A stretch of DNA of 64,000 bases from Eledone cirrhosa. Taxonomy: Eukaryota. Position 1 is the stretch's first letter. Every line of letters begins with the position of its first letter. The stretch lies in assembly GCA_964016885.1 (NCBI GenBank), contig OZ024753.1:7874001-7938000 (forward strand). The letters run 5' to 3'. A program made the position numbers and the translations under genes. The notes under the pieces were generated by a model. It saw nothing but the letters and a program-made list of their open reading frames with translations. It was not told the origin of the DNA and did not search any database. Shown here one piece after another: positions 36,512-49,140 of this stretch.

Positions 36512-37949
36512 CAAGCACTATAAAAATTGGTATGTTCCACTTCAAAATATTTAGGAAGACTGTTTAGCGCACGAGGTAACCTCATGCGGTTATCCAGTGT
36601 CTAGCTAGCCTCATACTCGTGCTGCTAGAAATAACAGCCGTTTGTATGGGGCTAAAATCAGCTCAACGAAGGATGAGGTTGTGAGTTCGATTCCTGGACC
36701 AGGTGATGCGTTATGTCCTTGAGCAAGACACTTTATTTCACGTTGCTCCTACCTGGAGTTGTAACTGATAGATAGTACTAGCAATTGGAAAGACCAACAG
36801 AAACATTGTTTCCACGATCCGATTTGACGAAAGTTGATTGATCCTTTTTTTTAATATATACACACACACACACACCTAGCCAGCATCTGAGAGATATGGG
36901 ATTCGGTTCCTTGTAGCAACTTCTTTTTCCATCTTTAAAGGTCTTTACCTTATTTTATAAGCTATTTTATAGCCTCTCCACACATGAGCACACAATTTCT
37001 TATATCTATCTATCTATCTATCTTTATATATACATTGCCAAGTAAATTTATGTAATTTTATGAGCCTGCAATACTGATGTAAAATTAACAATAAAATGAA
37101 ATTCCTGTTTTAAGAGAGGATGTTTTCTGTCAACTACAAAATATATTAAAAACTGAAACAAACTCCTGAGTACCAAAAAACAATCTATAGAGAGAAAGAG
37201 AGAGCAGGAGAGAGAGGTAGAATAGGCTATAAAACTGAAAGTTTCTTACACCTTTATGACTTTCTCTCAATAATTTTTTCTGAAGCCTTTCTGATATGGT
37301 ATTAGTGACACCATAGAACTTTTGTTATGGTATAAAAATAATAAATAAAAGAATAAGAAAGTTTTAGAGATAATAGCAAAAAGAGAAAATGTAAGAAAAG
37401 AAATTTGAGAATTGTTGGGGAAAAAATATAAAAGAAATATTCCGTTTTGTAACTTAACGTAATAACCAAGGTTTAGTTCCTAAGGTGATGACATAAACCT
37501 GTTGAATTCTTAACATGCTTTTCGGTAAATTCTTTCTTGTATGTAGCAAAACTGAAGCAGAAAATGTTCTATCACACATACTTAGAACATAGTGTTATTG
37601 TCCTAGTTGTAAAGTTTTCTCTTGACTTTTAAATTCAATATCAATGTGAAGTTGCCTCTAGTAAGAGAAAGAAAGAGAGAGAGAGAAAGAGACAGTATAG
37701 TGTCTATGATATGTTACAGCTGATAAACATAAATATCTGATTGTTGTGCGAGAGTTCTTCCTAGTTAGATATCAAACACTAATTCAATATCGATGAGAAC
37801 TGAACTAACGAGAGGGGAGGATGTGAGGGATGTTGTGAAAGAAAGATTATATAAATAAAATAATAAAATAAAGACTAAGTAAAGAACAGCAAGCTATTTC
37901 TTATTTATAGTCTGTTTTCTCATCGCCATTTTACCTTGGTTCTTCATTC

Positions 37950-39025
37950 CATATTATATACACACATATTTATATACACATATATTTATACACATATATA
38001 CACATATATTATATACACTATTATATACACATATTATATACACATATATTATATATACCCATATATTTATATACACATATTTATATACACATTTATATAC
38101 ACATATTTATACATACATATATACACTTGTTATATACACATATTATATACACACATTATATACACATATATTAGATACACACATTATGCACACACATTTA
38201 TACATACATATTTATACACCAGCACATTTATACACACACTTATACACTAGAACATTTATATACATACTTATACGCTAGCACATTTATTCACATATATTTA
38301 TACACCAGCACATTTATATATACACACATATTTATACACTATAACATTTATACACTCAATTATATACACCTGCACATGTATATACACCACTACATTTACA
38401 CATATTTATACACACACGTGTATACACATGCAATCATTTTGCTGTGTTGCAACACATTCCCAAACCCTCATACATGGGTAAATGTGCACACACATACACA
38501 CACACACACACACATATTCACATACAAACGCACACACACAAACTTGTATATTCACATGCAATGTTATTGATCACTCACCTGCACATACACACACTCACAC
38601 ACCCACTCATGCACACGCACACACATGCGTGCACACACACACACACACACGCGTGCACACACACATGCGTGCACACACACACACACACACAAACTTCCTT
38701 GTATATTCACATGCAATGTTATTGATCACTCACCTGCACATACACACACTCACACACCCACTCATGCACACGCACACACACACACACACACATGCGTGCA
38801 CACATACACACACACACACAAAAACTTGTATATTCACATGCAATGTTATTGATCACTCATCTGCACATACACACACTTACACACCCACTCATGCACACGC
38901 ACACACACACACACACACACATGCCTGCACACGCATACATACACACACTCACTCATGCACAGACACTCACACATGCGTGCACACACACACATGCACTCAT
39001 ACACCAACACACACACACACACAAA
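37950..39025. repeat. TA/CA-rich low complexity with 3 x ~130-155-bp duplication (38540-38960)
   Basis: CTTGTATATTCACATGCAATGTTATTGATCACTCA repeated three times. Confidence 0.92.
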
Positions 39026-39353
39026 TAGCTTCTCTTCATACAGATTTATCTTCTAGTTTCATAGTAAAGAGTTCTGTTAGACTTCGACACTGAAAGATGT
39101 TCCTGTGTGGAAACCTGATATATAAAACATAACACAAGTCACAATTTGACATTGTAACACTAATTCTACACAAATTTATATTCTCTCTGTGTGGAAGGGA
39201 ATTGAAACAAACTTCATCCTTCACCATCATCTCTTTTATTTAGAATAACAGAAGAAGGGTGGGTAGAAATGGTTACAATTTCATCCATAAACACGCACAT
39301 ATATTTTTTCATTTTTTTTTTTTACGTTTGCTTTTCCCTGCTTGCAAGGGTTG

Positions 39354-39396
<43 letters not shown>

Positions 39397-39399
<3 letters not shown>

Positions 39400-39518
39400 T
39401 TAATATAGATGAGATTCTACAAGACTAGAACTGTTTCATTCTTTAGAAATCATCATTCCTGATGATTTCTAAAGAATGAAACAGTTCTAGTCCTGTAGAA
39501 TCTCATCTATATTAAAAC
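39397..39518. repeat. 122-bp near-perfect palindrome between (TA)n tracts
   Basis: 39397-39455 is the reverse complement of 39460-39518 with one mismatch. Confidence 0.95.
39455..39501 (+). ncRNA. Complete type-I hammerhead motif in the right arm of the palindrome
   Basis: ATTC-CTGATGA(39459-39465)-T-TTCT-AA-AGAA-T-GAAA(39478-39481)-CAG-TTCTAGTC-CTG-TA^GAAT; stems I and III perfect; U-U rather than R-Y at the base of stem II. Confidence 0.7.
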
Positions 39519-40267
39519 TGTTATACTCTGCAATGTATTGAGTACCTTACTTACTGTGGTTACCTCCGATTCAACCTGGAATAACGTATATATATATATA
39601 TATACGTTATATATATATATATACGTTATATATATATACGTATATATATATATATATATATATATATACGGCATTCCTGTCTTAACGACATCACAACTTT
39701 CTCCGCTTGGCCTGTTCCCCCCCCTTTGGAACTTTTCCCCGTTGATGGGCGTGAGCCCGAAATAATGGGATTAAATCTCCACTACGGTAACCCTTCTACC
39801 TTTGTTTTGTTTTCATCTTTGTCTCTCTCAATTTTCACTTTCACCTGTTTTTCCTATCTATCTTTCACTTCCTACCTCGAGATTTCCCTCTGCATTGTTG
39901 TGGCTTTCTTAACTACGTATTTTACACATTTCACAATGCTTCAAGCAAACTTTAACACCCCATATATATATATATATATATATATTTCCAGAAACCTATC
40001 GAAGATATTTATCGATTAATATCTAATATCTATCGATCAGGTCCAGGTTCGTCTTTAACCTTGTCTGTATTTTTTGTTGTTGTAGTATTAATGCGGCAAC
40101 AGGCCTCAGATTGTATTATTCATTGTGTAACTATTACCTAATTTATTGTGTTCACTCTGAGGAGAAATTTATAAATTACTCTCTCATTGAGTGCTTTGTG
40201 AAAGTCTTCAAAATCAATCAGATGCGAATTTGCTACTTGCAGCTGCAACTTCAGTTATACTCATTAC

Positions 40268-40400
40268 TATGGCCCTTTATGGTCTGAGTTCAAATCCCGC
40301 CGAGGTTAACTTTGCCTTTCATCCTTACGGGGTCAATAAAATAAAGTACCAGTAATACACTGGGATAATTGCTGGCCTTGTGCCAAAAGTAGAAACAATT
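40268..40400 (+). mobile_element. SINE-B, 5'-truncated
   Basis: TGAGTTCAAATCCCGCCGAGGTTAAC..AAGTAGAAACAATT. Confidence 0.92.
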
Positions 40401-40517
40401 GTATATATATATATATATATAATAGTAATACAACAGCGGTGCCCCAGCATGGCCTCAGCCAGATGGCTGGAACAGGTAAATGAGTAAAAGTGTATATATA
40501 TGTGTGTATATATATAT

Positions 40518-40643
40518 ATGAGAAATAAAAGATGAAATAGAAAGATAGAGAAGAGAAAGGAACAGGAAAAGCATATTTTGAGAAATATGCTTTTCCTGCT
40601 CCTTTCTCTTCTCTATCTTTCTATTTCATCTTTTATTTCTCAT
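40518..40643. repeat. 126-bp palindrome (61-bp arms) next to (TA)n, followed by a degenerate hammerhead core
   Basis: Arms 40518-40578 / 40583-40643; CTGATGA-AAGG-TTAAGACT-CCTT-T-CTAAC at 40652-40680. Confidence 0.9.
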
Positions 40644-41532
40644 TCTATCTTCTGATGAAAGGTTAAGACTCCTTTCTAACTATATCAAGCATAAAACTAG
40701 TATATTTCTGCATTATACTCCAATCATAACCTACTCACACCACAAGTTGATCTTTTTATATGACCGTATAGTTTGAGTACTCTTGACTTGACGATTGATG
40801 TCATTGACCAAACACCCTAATCATCTAGCCATGGGGCTTCTTTAATATTCAGCATTGGGACGATGGTACTGTATATGCCAATTTTACTATAAATTTTCTG
40901 AATAACTTCTTAAAATTTTACTTAAAAACATGCATTTTAAACGTATTTGTTACAAAATCAGCATCTAAGAAATAACACAGAGAGCAATCTATAACTCCTA
41001 AGAATGGCTTCTGTAGTGCTTAGATTAAAACCAAATAGAAAATAGGCTTTTGTATGATTATATGATGAATATCTAGATATAAAACTGTATATGACTAACA
41101 CACACGCAAATATTTTCAAACGTATGTCTATGTTTATATATAACTATAAGTATGTATGTACAGATTATGTATTTTTGGACCAAATGACAGAAAACAATAA
41201 AAAAATACATAAGTAGATTTGATTTCACTGTTAATCCTATGATTATAAACTTCTGATTGACAGTCAGCATAAACCAAGCAAAACCAATCAGAACTAAGAT
41301 AGAAGACTACAAGATTGATTGGCACTCATCAAAATTTTGGCCAGGCCTTTCAATTAAAGATTAACTGTAGGGGAGTGGCTAATAGTTCAGGTATAGTGGT
41401 ATTCATTATTTACTACAAGGTCTACACTGAAGAATGTATGAATTTCTCTATGTATCTTCATGATGATTTTCTGTGATGGAACCTAATATTGTTAGTTGGT
41501 TTTGTTCATGGGTTTGTCTCAATGCAATTCAG

Positions 41533-41581
41533 CTGGAACCTGAGGCAAGGGCTTGGAATGTGGTACACTGTGATTGTAAAG
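41533..41581 (+). CDS. Candidate 49-bp coding exon
   Basis: CAATTCAG|CTGGAACC...GTAAAG|GTAAGA (strong donor); open as WNLRQGLGMWYTVIVK or LEPEARAWNVVHCDCK. Confidence 0.35.
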
Positions 41582-41710
41582 GTAAGATTAACAAAAATAA
41601 TTCTTTAATATTAATAATAATAATAATAACAATAATAATAGTCATTATTCTACCTGTTTTCAATAATTTGTTTTCCAGTAAGTTTGTTTGTTTTGAAACG
41701 ACCGAGCGAG

Positions 41711-41887
41711 TTTGAAATTAGAAATAGAAGCTTTCTCCATATTTTTGACTAAAGAAATTTTAGCCTGATAGTGGGGTTTAGAACCCATTTTTTCCATTTT
41801 CTAAGAGGGTTCTAAACCCGACTATCAGGCTAAAATTTCTTTAGTCAAAAATACAGCGAAAGCTTCTATTTCTAATTTGTTTTCAAA
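41711..41887. repeat. Long inverted repeat (~75-bp arms, 20-bp spacer), possible foldback MITE
   Basis: 41711-41786 vs 41807-41887. Confidence 0.88.
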
Positions 41888-42105
41888 TTTCTCCAGAAGT
41901 TGTTTCTTAAATTCCCGCTTCCCCCCAAAACAAGGTTGTTACTTTTATAATTTTTATAGTCAGCTGTATTGTATATGCTCATGTAAATGTTGATCTCATA
42001 TAAAAGTCGACCTCATGTAATTTTTGGACAAAAATTTTGCACTTATCCATATATGTCATGTGAAAGTCAATCCTAGTTCACTACAGACATTTGTGAATGA
42101 AGGTA

Positions 42106-42247
42106 CCATATTTCCTGGCGTCAAAGATGTTACTTTTTTCCTGAAATAAGTCTAAAAAATTGACCATGCGCCCTGGAGGCTGAAGGTTGTTTATTATTTT
42201 TCAAAGTTTTGGTTGTCAAAAAGTGTCTTCGGTGCCAAGAAATAAGG
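42106..42247. mobile_element. Tc1/pogo-type MITE (TA TSD), empty version of 60885-61235
   Basis: TA-CCATATTTCCTGGCGTCAAAGA ... TCTTCGGTGCCAAGAAATAAGG-TA. Confidence 0.8.
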
Positions 42248-42377
42248 TATTTTCCTGAACATAAATGTTACAAAAGTATTGTTACGTGGACTTAAGTTTT
42301 ATGTTTTGGTCGTAAGAAATGTTTTGAGGCCTCGTAATGTTGGTATTATTACTGCAATAAATAGATTTTGTTTTTGT

Positions 42378-42508
42378 TCAGTTCTTTCTGGGGTTAGCTT
42401 TGCCTTTTATCCTTACAAGGTCAATAAAATAAAACACCAGTAATGCGCTGGTGTTGATTTAATCGACTTATCCCTTCTATTCAAATTGCTGGCCTTGTGC
42501 TAAACGTA
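42378..42508 (+). mobile_element. SINE-B long variant, diverged
   Basis: GCTTTGCCTTTTATCCTTAC..TGATTTAATCGACTTATCCC..AATTGCTGGCCTTGTGC. Confidence 0.8.
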
Positions 42509-42606
42509 TATTCTCTTCATATAGAGTCAATTTGGGTTTTGCATGTTAAATATTTGGGATTGAAGTCTGAATTTCAATTCTTAGAAACAAGTTGTCCCCA
42601 TAAATT

Positions 42607-42773
42607 GAATGCACATGACTTAGTGGTTAGAGCATTGGGCTTGCAATCGAAAGGTTGTGAGTTCAATTCTCGGACTGGGTGATATGTTGTTTCCTTGAGC
42701 AAGACACTTTATTTCCCGTTGCTCCAGTTTACTCAGCTGTAGAAATGAGATGATAGGACTGGGATCCCTATCA
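42607..42773 (+). mobile_element. tRNA-derived SINE head and core
   Basis: Reverse complement of 59400-59569. Confidence 0.9.
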
Positions 42774-43277
42774 TTAAATTACCAAAGACACCTCCAACAG
42801 AGATATACCTTGGAGGAGGACAGCTAAACCTGCATAGATTTTGAGCTGTCACACACATAAAATGAACCTCAAAAAATACTTTTAAAATATTTGATGCTTC
42901 AGTGTAATAGTAGTTCTTAATTTATTGAAAATACTTTAAGAAAACTTTTGAAAGTTTGGCAATATTTTACATTAGATGCTTTCATTTTAACTATTATCAG
43001 TTTAAAAATCAATTTAAGATGCTAGCTTACTTACATATTGCATATATGTATCTAAGTGGCAACAAAATTAGTAAAGTTGAATAATTAATTCGGTACTCGA
43101 GTTCAACATCTGAATTGTAATGTAGTGTTTATAAATATTTCATTTTGTCTACCTTAGTCTGGTAAGTTGTGTAGAATAAGACCTAGATTGTCTGCAAGAT
43201 TTACCTATGATAGAATACCATGTTTTTCTCAGCCACATAGTACACAAGTATACACATACACACTAGACACTGTATAC

Positions 43278-43327
<50 letters not shown>

Positions 43328-43386
43328 AACAAAAACAAAGAGCGCTTACATCATCAATTAATCTTTATTTGCTGACAGTGCTTCGT

Positions 43387-43421
<35 letters not shown>

Positions 43422-43552
43422 GATTCTATCTACAAGACAAACTTACAGGAATACATAATACAAGAGTTTCTCAGTAGAAAATACATTGTTGTTTATTTGA
43501 TATTTGGGAATATTCAATAGACTATATATATATATATATATATATACATACA

Positions 43553-43585
<33 letters not shown>

Positions 43586-43779
43586 TTTAGCGTATGGTCT
43601 GTTTATCAGTACATTTACAGTTCAAATTGCAGTCTCTCTCTCTCTCGATATGCGTGTGTCATTTAATTTGCTTTTGTTTTTTATCGAAAGAATTAGAATA
43701 ACCAGTTGCTGTCCATAATCTACAATTAAGATTATAAATTAACTAATCAGCTTAAAGAAGATGTTTGGAGCTGGAGACA

Positions 43780-45045
43780 GCAGTGGGAGAGAGATAGATA
43801 GGTAACAGGTAGAGAGAGAGAGAGAGAGAGAGAGACACAGTGAAAGAGAGATAGTCAGCAGGTAGAGAGAGAGAGATAGATAGGTAACAGGTAGAGAGAG
43901 AGAGAGATAGACAGTGAAAGAGAGATAGTCAGCAGGTAGAGATAGAGAGAGATAGATAGATAGGTAACAGGTAGAGAGAGAGAGAGAGGGAGAGATAGAC
44001 AGTGAAAGAGAGATAGTCAGCAGGTAGAGATAGATAGATAGGTAACAGGTAGAGAGAGAGAGAGAGAGAGGGAGAGATAGACAGTGAAAGAGAGATAGTC
44101 AGCAGGTAGAGAGAGAGAGATAGATAGGTAATAGGTATAGAGAGAGAGAGAGATAGGTAACAGGTATATAGAGAGAGATAGACAGTGAAAGAGAGATAGT
44201 CAGCAGGTAGAGAGAGAGAGAGAGAGATAGATAGATAGGTAACAGGTATAGAGAGCAAGAGAGAGATTGAGATCAGTGAGATAGATAGGTATGTAACAGA
44301 TAGAGAGAGAGAGAGATAGTCAGCAGGTAGAGAGAGAGAGAGAGATAGACAGTGAGACAGAGAGAGAGACACAGAGAGAGAGAGAGAAACAGTGATAGTG
44401 AGAGACATAGAGAGAGAGATGATAGAGAGAGAAGCAGCACCTAGGAGAGAGACCGAGCGAGAAAGATATGATAGAGAGAGAGAGAGGCAGCACCTAGAGA
44501 GAGATAAAGAGAGAGAGGCAGCAGATAGGGAGAGACAGAGATAGGTAGTATGTTAGAGAGAGCGAGAGAGATGTGATAGATAGAGGGAGAGAGAGAGAGA
44601 GAGACAACAGCTAGAGACAGAGATAGATAGTATGTTAGAGAGGAGATAGATAGATAGTATGTTAGAGAGAGGAGATAGATAGATAGTATGTTAGAGAGAG
44701 GAGATAGATAGATAGTATGTTAGAGAGAGGTAGCAGCTAGGGGGAGACAGAGATGAATAGTATGTTAGAGAGGGAGAGAGAGGCAGAGATAGATAGTATG
44801 TTAAGAGAGGGAGAAACAACAGCTAAAGAGAGAGAGAGAGGTGGCAGCTAGGGAGAGACAGAGATAAGTAGTATGTTAGCGAGAGAGGGAGAGACAACAG
44901 CTAAAGAGAGAGAGAGGTGGCAGCTAGGGAGAGACAGAGATAAGTAGTATGTTAGCGAGAGAGGGAGAGACAACGTCTAAAGAGAGAGAGAGAGAGGTGG
45001 CAGCTAGGGAGAGACAGAGATAAGTAGTATGTTAGAGAGAGAGAG
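43780..45045. repeat. GA-rich compound minisatellites
   Basis: GATAGGTAACAGGTAGAGAG / GACAGTGAAAGAGAGATAGTCAGCAGG and GGCAGCTAGGGAGAGACAGAG modules. Confidence 0.92.
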
Positions 45046-45420
45046 AAAATGAAAGTGAAAGTAGAAATTTTCATATGGAACACTTTTCCAGACTGTTTTG
45101 AATTGATTTCGGAAGTGTTAAAAACATCAAGAATCAAAGGAAAAACAGAGAAAGACAACTTAAAACCATTTGTATTGATGAATTCTTTAATCTTCTTTTG
45201 AGGATTAAGTTGTGATTAATTACAGAATTAAAATTATAATTGTTTTAACTGTCAACAATCATTACAATACATATTTGTCTGTTTACTTTCTTTCTTTCTG
45301 TTGTTTTTATTTCCATTTTCTCTCTTTCTCTATTTCTCTCTCTTTCTCTCTCTTTCTCTCTCTCTCTTTCTATCTTTCTCTCTCTTTCACTCTTTCTCTC
45401 TCTTTCACTCTTTCTCTCTG

Positions 45421-45472
<52 letters not shown>

Positions 45473-45931
45473 TCTCTCTCTCTCACTCTCTTTCTCTCTT
45501 ATTTCCTCTTTCTCTCTTATTTCCTCTTTCTCTCTTATTTTCTCTTTCTCTCTTATTTTCTCTTTCTCTTTTTCACTTTGATTCTGTCTCTCTCTCTATT
45601 CTAACATATTTGCCATTTAGTTTAGTGGGATGGGGTGGAGGAATGGAGTTTATGCTTTTTATTCACTTATTATTACTACTACTATTACTACTACTAATAC
45701 TGTTGTTGTTTCTTTAAAATTTAAGAAGTAAAAGATATTAGAATGTTTTACTAATACCAACAGATTTTTTTCTGCCGATGTTTATTCCACATTACTAAAG
45801 TGGAATATATTTGACAAAAGATGAATTTAATTTCTTCCTTGAGTTGTCATCATTACTTTCTTCTACTTAAAAATACTCAACTCAATTTTACACAAGTTGA
45901 CTACTTGAGTGTTTTGAAAAAATGTCTCTCC

Positions 45932-45985
<54 letters not shown>

Positions 45986-45997
45986 TGATCTATATTA

Positions 45998-46062
45998 TAT
46001 TTTATCTGATGAAAGCGCACCATAATTTGACTTGGTGTCTTTGAAATATGTATAATGAAATA
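45998..46062 (+). ncRNA. Minimal type-I hammerhead motif, copy 2 (homologue of 93-158)
   Basis: TATTTTAT-CTGATGA(46006-46012)-AAG.GCACCA/TGGTGT-CTT-T-GAAA(46043-46046)-T-ATGT-A-TA^ATGAAATA; flanks match 74-200; follows (TA)n. Confidence 0.7.
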
Positions 46063-46106
46063 AATATGGTTTTATAAATATAGTTTCCATTTGTTAATAT
46101 ATCGTA

Positions 46107-46560
46107 TCATCATCATCATCGTTTAACATCCATATTCCACGCTTGCATGGGTTTGGACAGGAGTTTTCCCACTTGAGGCAAGAGTGGTTGTCTTGCTCGC
46201 ATAGGACTGTCTGGCGGGTTTTCTACGGCTGGATGCCCTTCCTAACACCAACCACGTTTACAGTGTGGGGCTGGGAGGTTTTTACTGTGTTACCTACACG
46301 GCCACATTACAGCGTGGACTGTGTGTTTTGTTGTCGTGACGCCTACACGACCTCATTTGCTTCGGACTGGATGTTGTGGTACCAACATAACTTTACATTG
46401 AAAGGGGTGGTGTGGATGGGGTGGGGGTAGTAGGACGGGGGTGTATTTTGTTAGAGGTGCCTACTGACTGTAGTAGGTTTCACTTTGTACTTAGGTAAGG
46501 CAGGTCTTCTGTATTACTGTGTAGTGCCAAAGATCTCGGTCCAGTGACATTTTCTTGGAG
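46107..46560 (-). mobile_element. RTE-tailed SINE, long variant without large expansion
   Basis: Two diverged copies of the TTACAG.GTGG.CTG unit that is amplified at 29801 and 47000. Confidence 0.85.
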
Positions 46561-46569
46561 ATACATCGC

Positions 46570-46607
<38 letters not shown>

Positions 46608-46614
46608 ATAAATA

Positions 46615-46803
46615 CTTGTTTCTACTTTTGGCACAAGGCCAGCAATTAACCAGTACATTACTGGTACTTTATTTTATCGACCCCGTACGGATGAAAGGCA
46701 AAGTTAACCTTGGCGGGATTTGAACTCAGAATGGCAAGGGCCATAACTCATGCGTCAAAGCATGGCGTCGGACCCTCTACTGATACTGTCAATCCACCGC
46801 CTT
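46615..46803 (-). mobile_element. Full-length SINE-B (~190 bp), 14-bp TSD
   Basis: TGTGTGTATAAATA at 46601-46614 and 46804-46817; Pol III A- and B-box-like motifs. Confidence 0.94.
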
Positions 46804-46931
46804 TGTGTGTATAAATAATGAATCAAAATATATCAAATATGTTAGAATTTTTTTTGTTTCTTAATAAACGAGTTCAATAAATATTATTCAGAGCCATAAC
46901 AAATCAAACGAAAAAGGTCCTATACGATATA

Positions 46932-46972
<41 letters not shown>

Positions 46973-46997
46973 ATATATATCTTTTTCATTTGGTTTA

Positions 46998-47820
46998 TGT
47001 AAAGTGGTTGTGTAGGAGACATGGTAAAAAGGCTCCCAGTCCACACTGTAAAGTAGTTGTGTAGGAGACATGGTAAAAAGGCTCCCAGTCCACACTGTAA
47101 AGTAGTCATGTAGGAGACACAGTAAAAAGGCTCCCAGTCTACACTGTAAAGTGGTCATGTAGGAGACATGGTAAAAAGGCTCCCAGTCCACACTGTAAAG
47201 TAGTCATGTAGGTGACACGGTAAAAAGGCTCCCAGTCCACACTGTAAAGTAGTCATGTAGGTGACACAGTAAAAAGGCTCCCAGTCCACACTGTAAAGTG
47301 GTCATGTAGGAGACATGGTAAAAAGGCTCCCAGTCCACACTGTAAAGTAGTCATGTAGGAGACACAGTAAAAAGGCTCCCAGTCTACACTGTAAAGTGGT
47401 CATGTAGGAGACATGGTAAAAAGGCTCCCAGTCCACACTGTAAAGTAGTCATGTAGGTGACACGGTAAAAAGGCTCCCACTCCACACTGTAAAGTAGTCA
47501 TGTAGGAGACATGGTAAAAAGGCTCCCAGTCCACACTGTAAAGTAGTCATGTAGGAGACACAGTAAAAAGGCTCCCAGTCCACACTGTAAAGTAGTCATG
47601 TAGGTGACACGGTAAAAAGGCTCCCAGTCCACACTGTAAAGTAGTCATGTAGGAGACATGGTAAAAAGGCTCCCAGTCCACACTGTAAAGTAGTCATGTA
47701 GGTGACACAGTAAAAAGGCTCCCATTTCACATTGTAAATGTGGTTGGTGTTAGGAAGGGCATCCGCCTGTAGAAACCTGCCTGGGGCAGTTCTGTACGAG
47801 TGAGATATGGTATCCCGACC
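46998..47820 (+). repeat. 49-bp x ~15 minisatellite within RTE-tailed SINE
   Basis: Period 49 (47024->47073); runs into GGTTGGTGTTAGGAAGGGCATCC at ~47742. Confidence 0.93.
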
Positions 47821-49140
47821 AACCAACCCCTCTCTACATACACACACACACACACTTATATAGTGCTGGTGATCTTGATGATGATGATTAACTGTGTGGT
47901 TAAAAACTTTGCTTCACAACCATGCTGTTGTGGATTTGATCTCATTGTATTGATCCTTAGACAAATCTCTTCTCTACGGAATTTTTATAAAACTGTGTGG
48001 AAATCAGTTATGTGTCTGTGTTTATAGTTATATGGTAAATTGGTGTTTAAAAAAATATGCTTGAAGTTATGTCCCTTTTCTTTAAGAGGTAAAATAGTCA
48101 TTAGACAAAGCATGGTGTTTTTTTTAAATAAGTACCAGTAATGGGCTCTGGGCATAATATAATCAACTAAAATCACCTCTCAAAGTGGATGCCCCAGTAT
48201 GGCCACAGTGCAATAATTGAAATTAATAAACAAATAAAGGAATTAACATGACAATGGCTGTGGTTCAGTGTAGCGATAACCAATGTACTGGTACTAGTAA
48301 ACGAGTTTCTCATTAAATGATTTTATACAGGGTTCCAATTATCAATTTAATCATGGCTGCCGGAAAAAATATGGTGTCAAGATAAGATGGATTGGTGGGG
48401 CTCAATTTTAACCACACCAACGTAAATCTTCATTTTTCTTCTTCTGTAGCTAATAGTTTGGTTTTAAAAAGGTTCATATGATTTTACCAAGGCCTTACAT
48501 AGTACTAATTTTTATTTTTTGGGTTCTTACTTGGAGAATTATCTAATAAAGGAAGACTCTATTGGTTTGCTTCTGACAACAAATTTGCTTGATTTAAATA
48601 TTTCTTTAGTTTTTAATTTCCAAATAACCTCTAGCCACTGTGTAGCAAATCAGTAATCTATGAATTTTCTCCCCTTAACTCTAAAGCCTCTTGTCTAATT
48701 AAACAACCACAGTAATTAGACTTAATCAGATCATCTTACTGCTGTTATTGCCATTGCTTTTTTTTGCTTTGTCTGCCACCCAATCCTTTCTCACTGTACT
48801 TTTCTATATTTTGATTCTCTCCCTTGCATACTCTTTTTTTTTTAAATTATTATCTTCTCTGTTTTATTAGCTCTTTTATTAGCTCTTTATTTTTCTATTT
48901 TGTCTTGTCTTCTCTCTGCTAATCATCAGTGTATTTATTATAATTGAAACTTTGGCTCCTCATAGCCCACTGAATGTTATCACTTCCTTGAATTAACAAC
49001 TTTATTCTAAGGGCACAACATGAAAGCTTTCTCTTAATCATTGACATAATCATTATGGAGGCCTGAAATGCCACTGATAATATTTTGCCAACAAAAGCTC
49101 AATTACTGTTGTGCACAGCAAATTCAAAAATAATTTCCAA

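Noticed and set aside
43158-43161. Possible 4-nt microexon CTTAG|TCTG|GTAAGT
   Set aside because: Expected by chance in 64 kb; no supporting evidence
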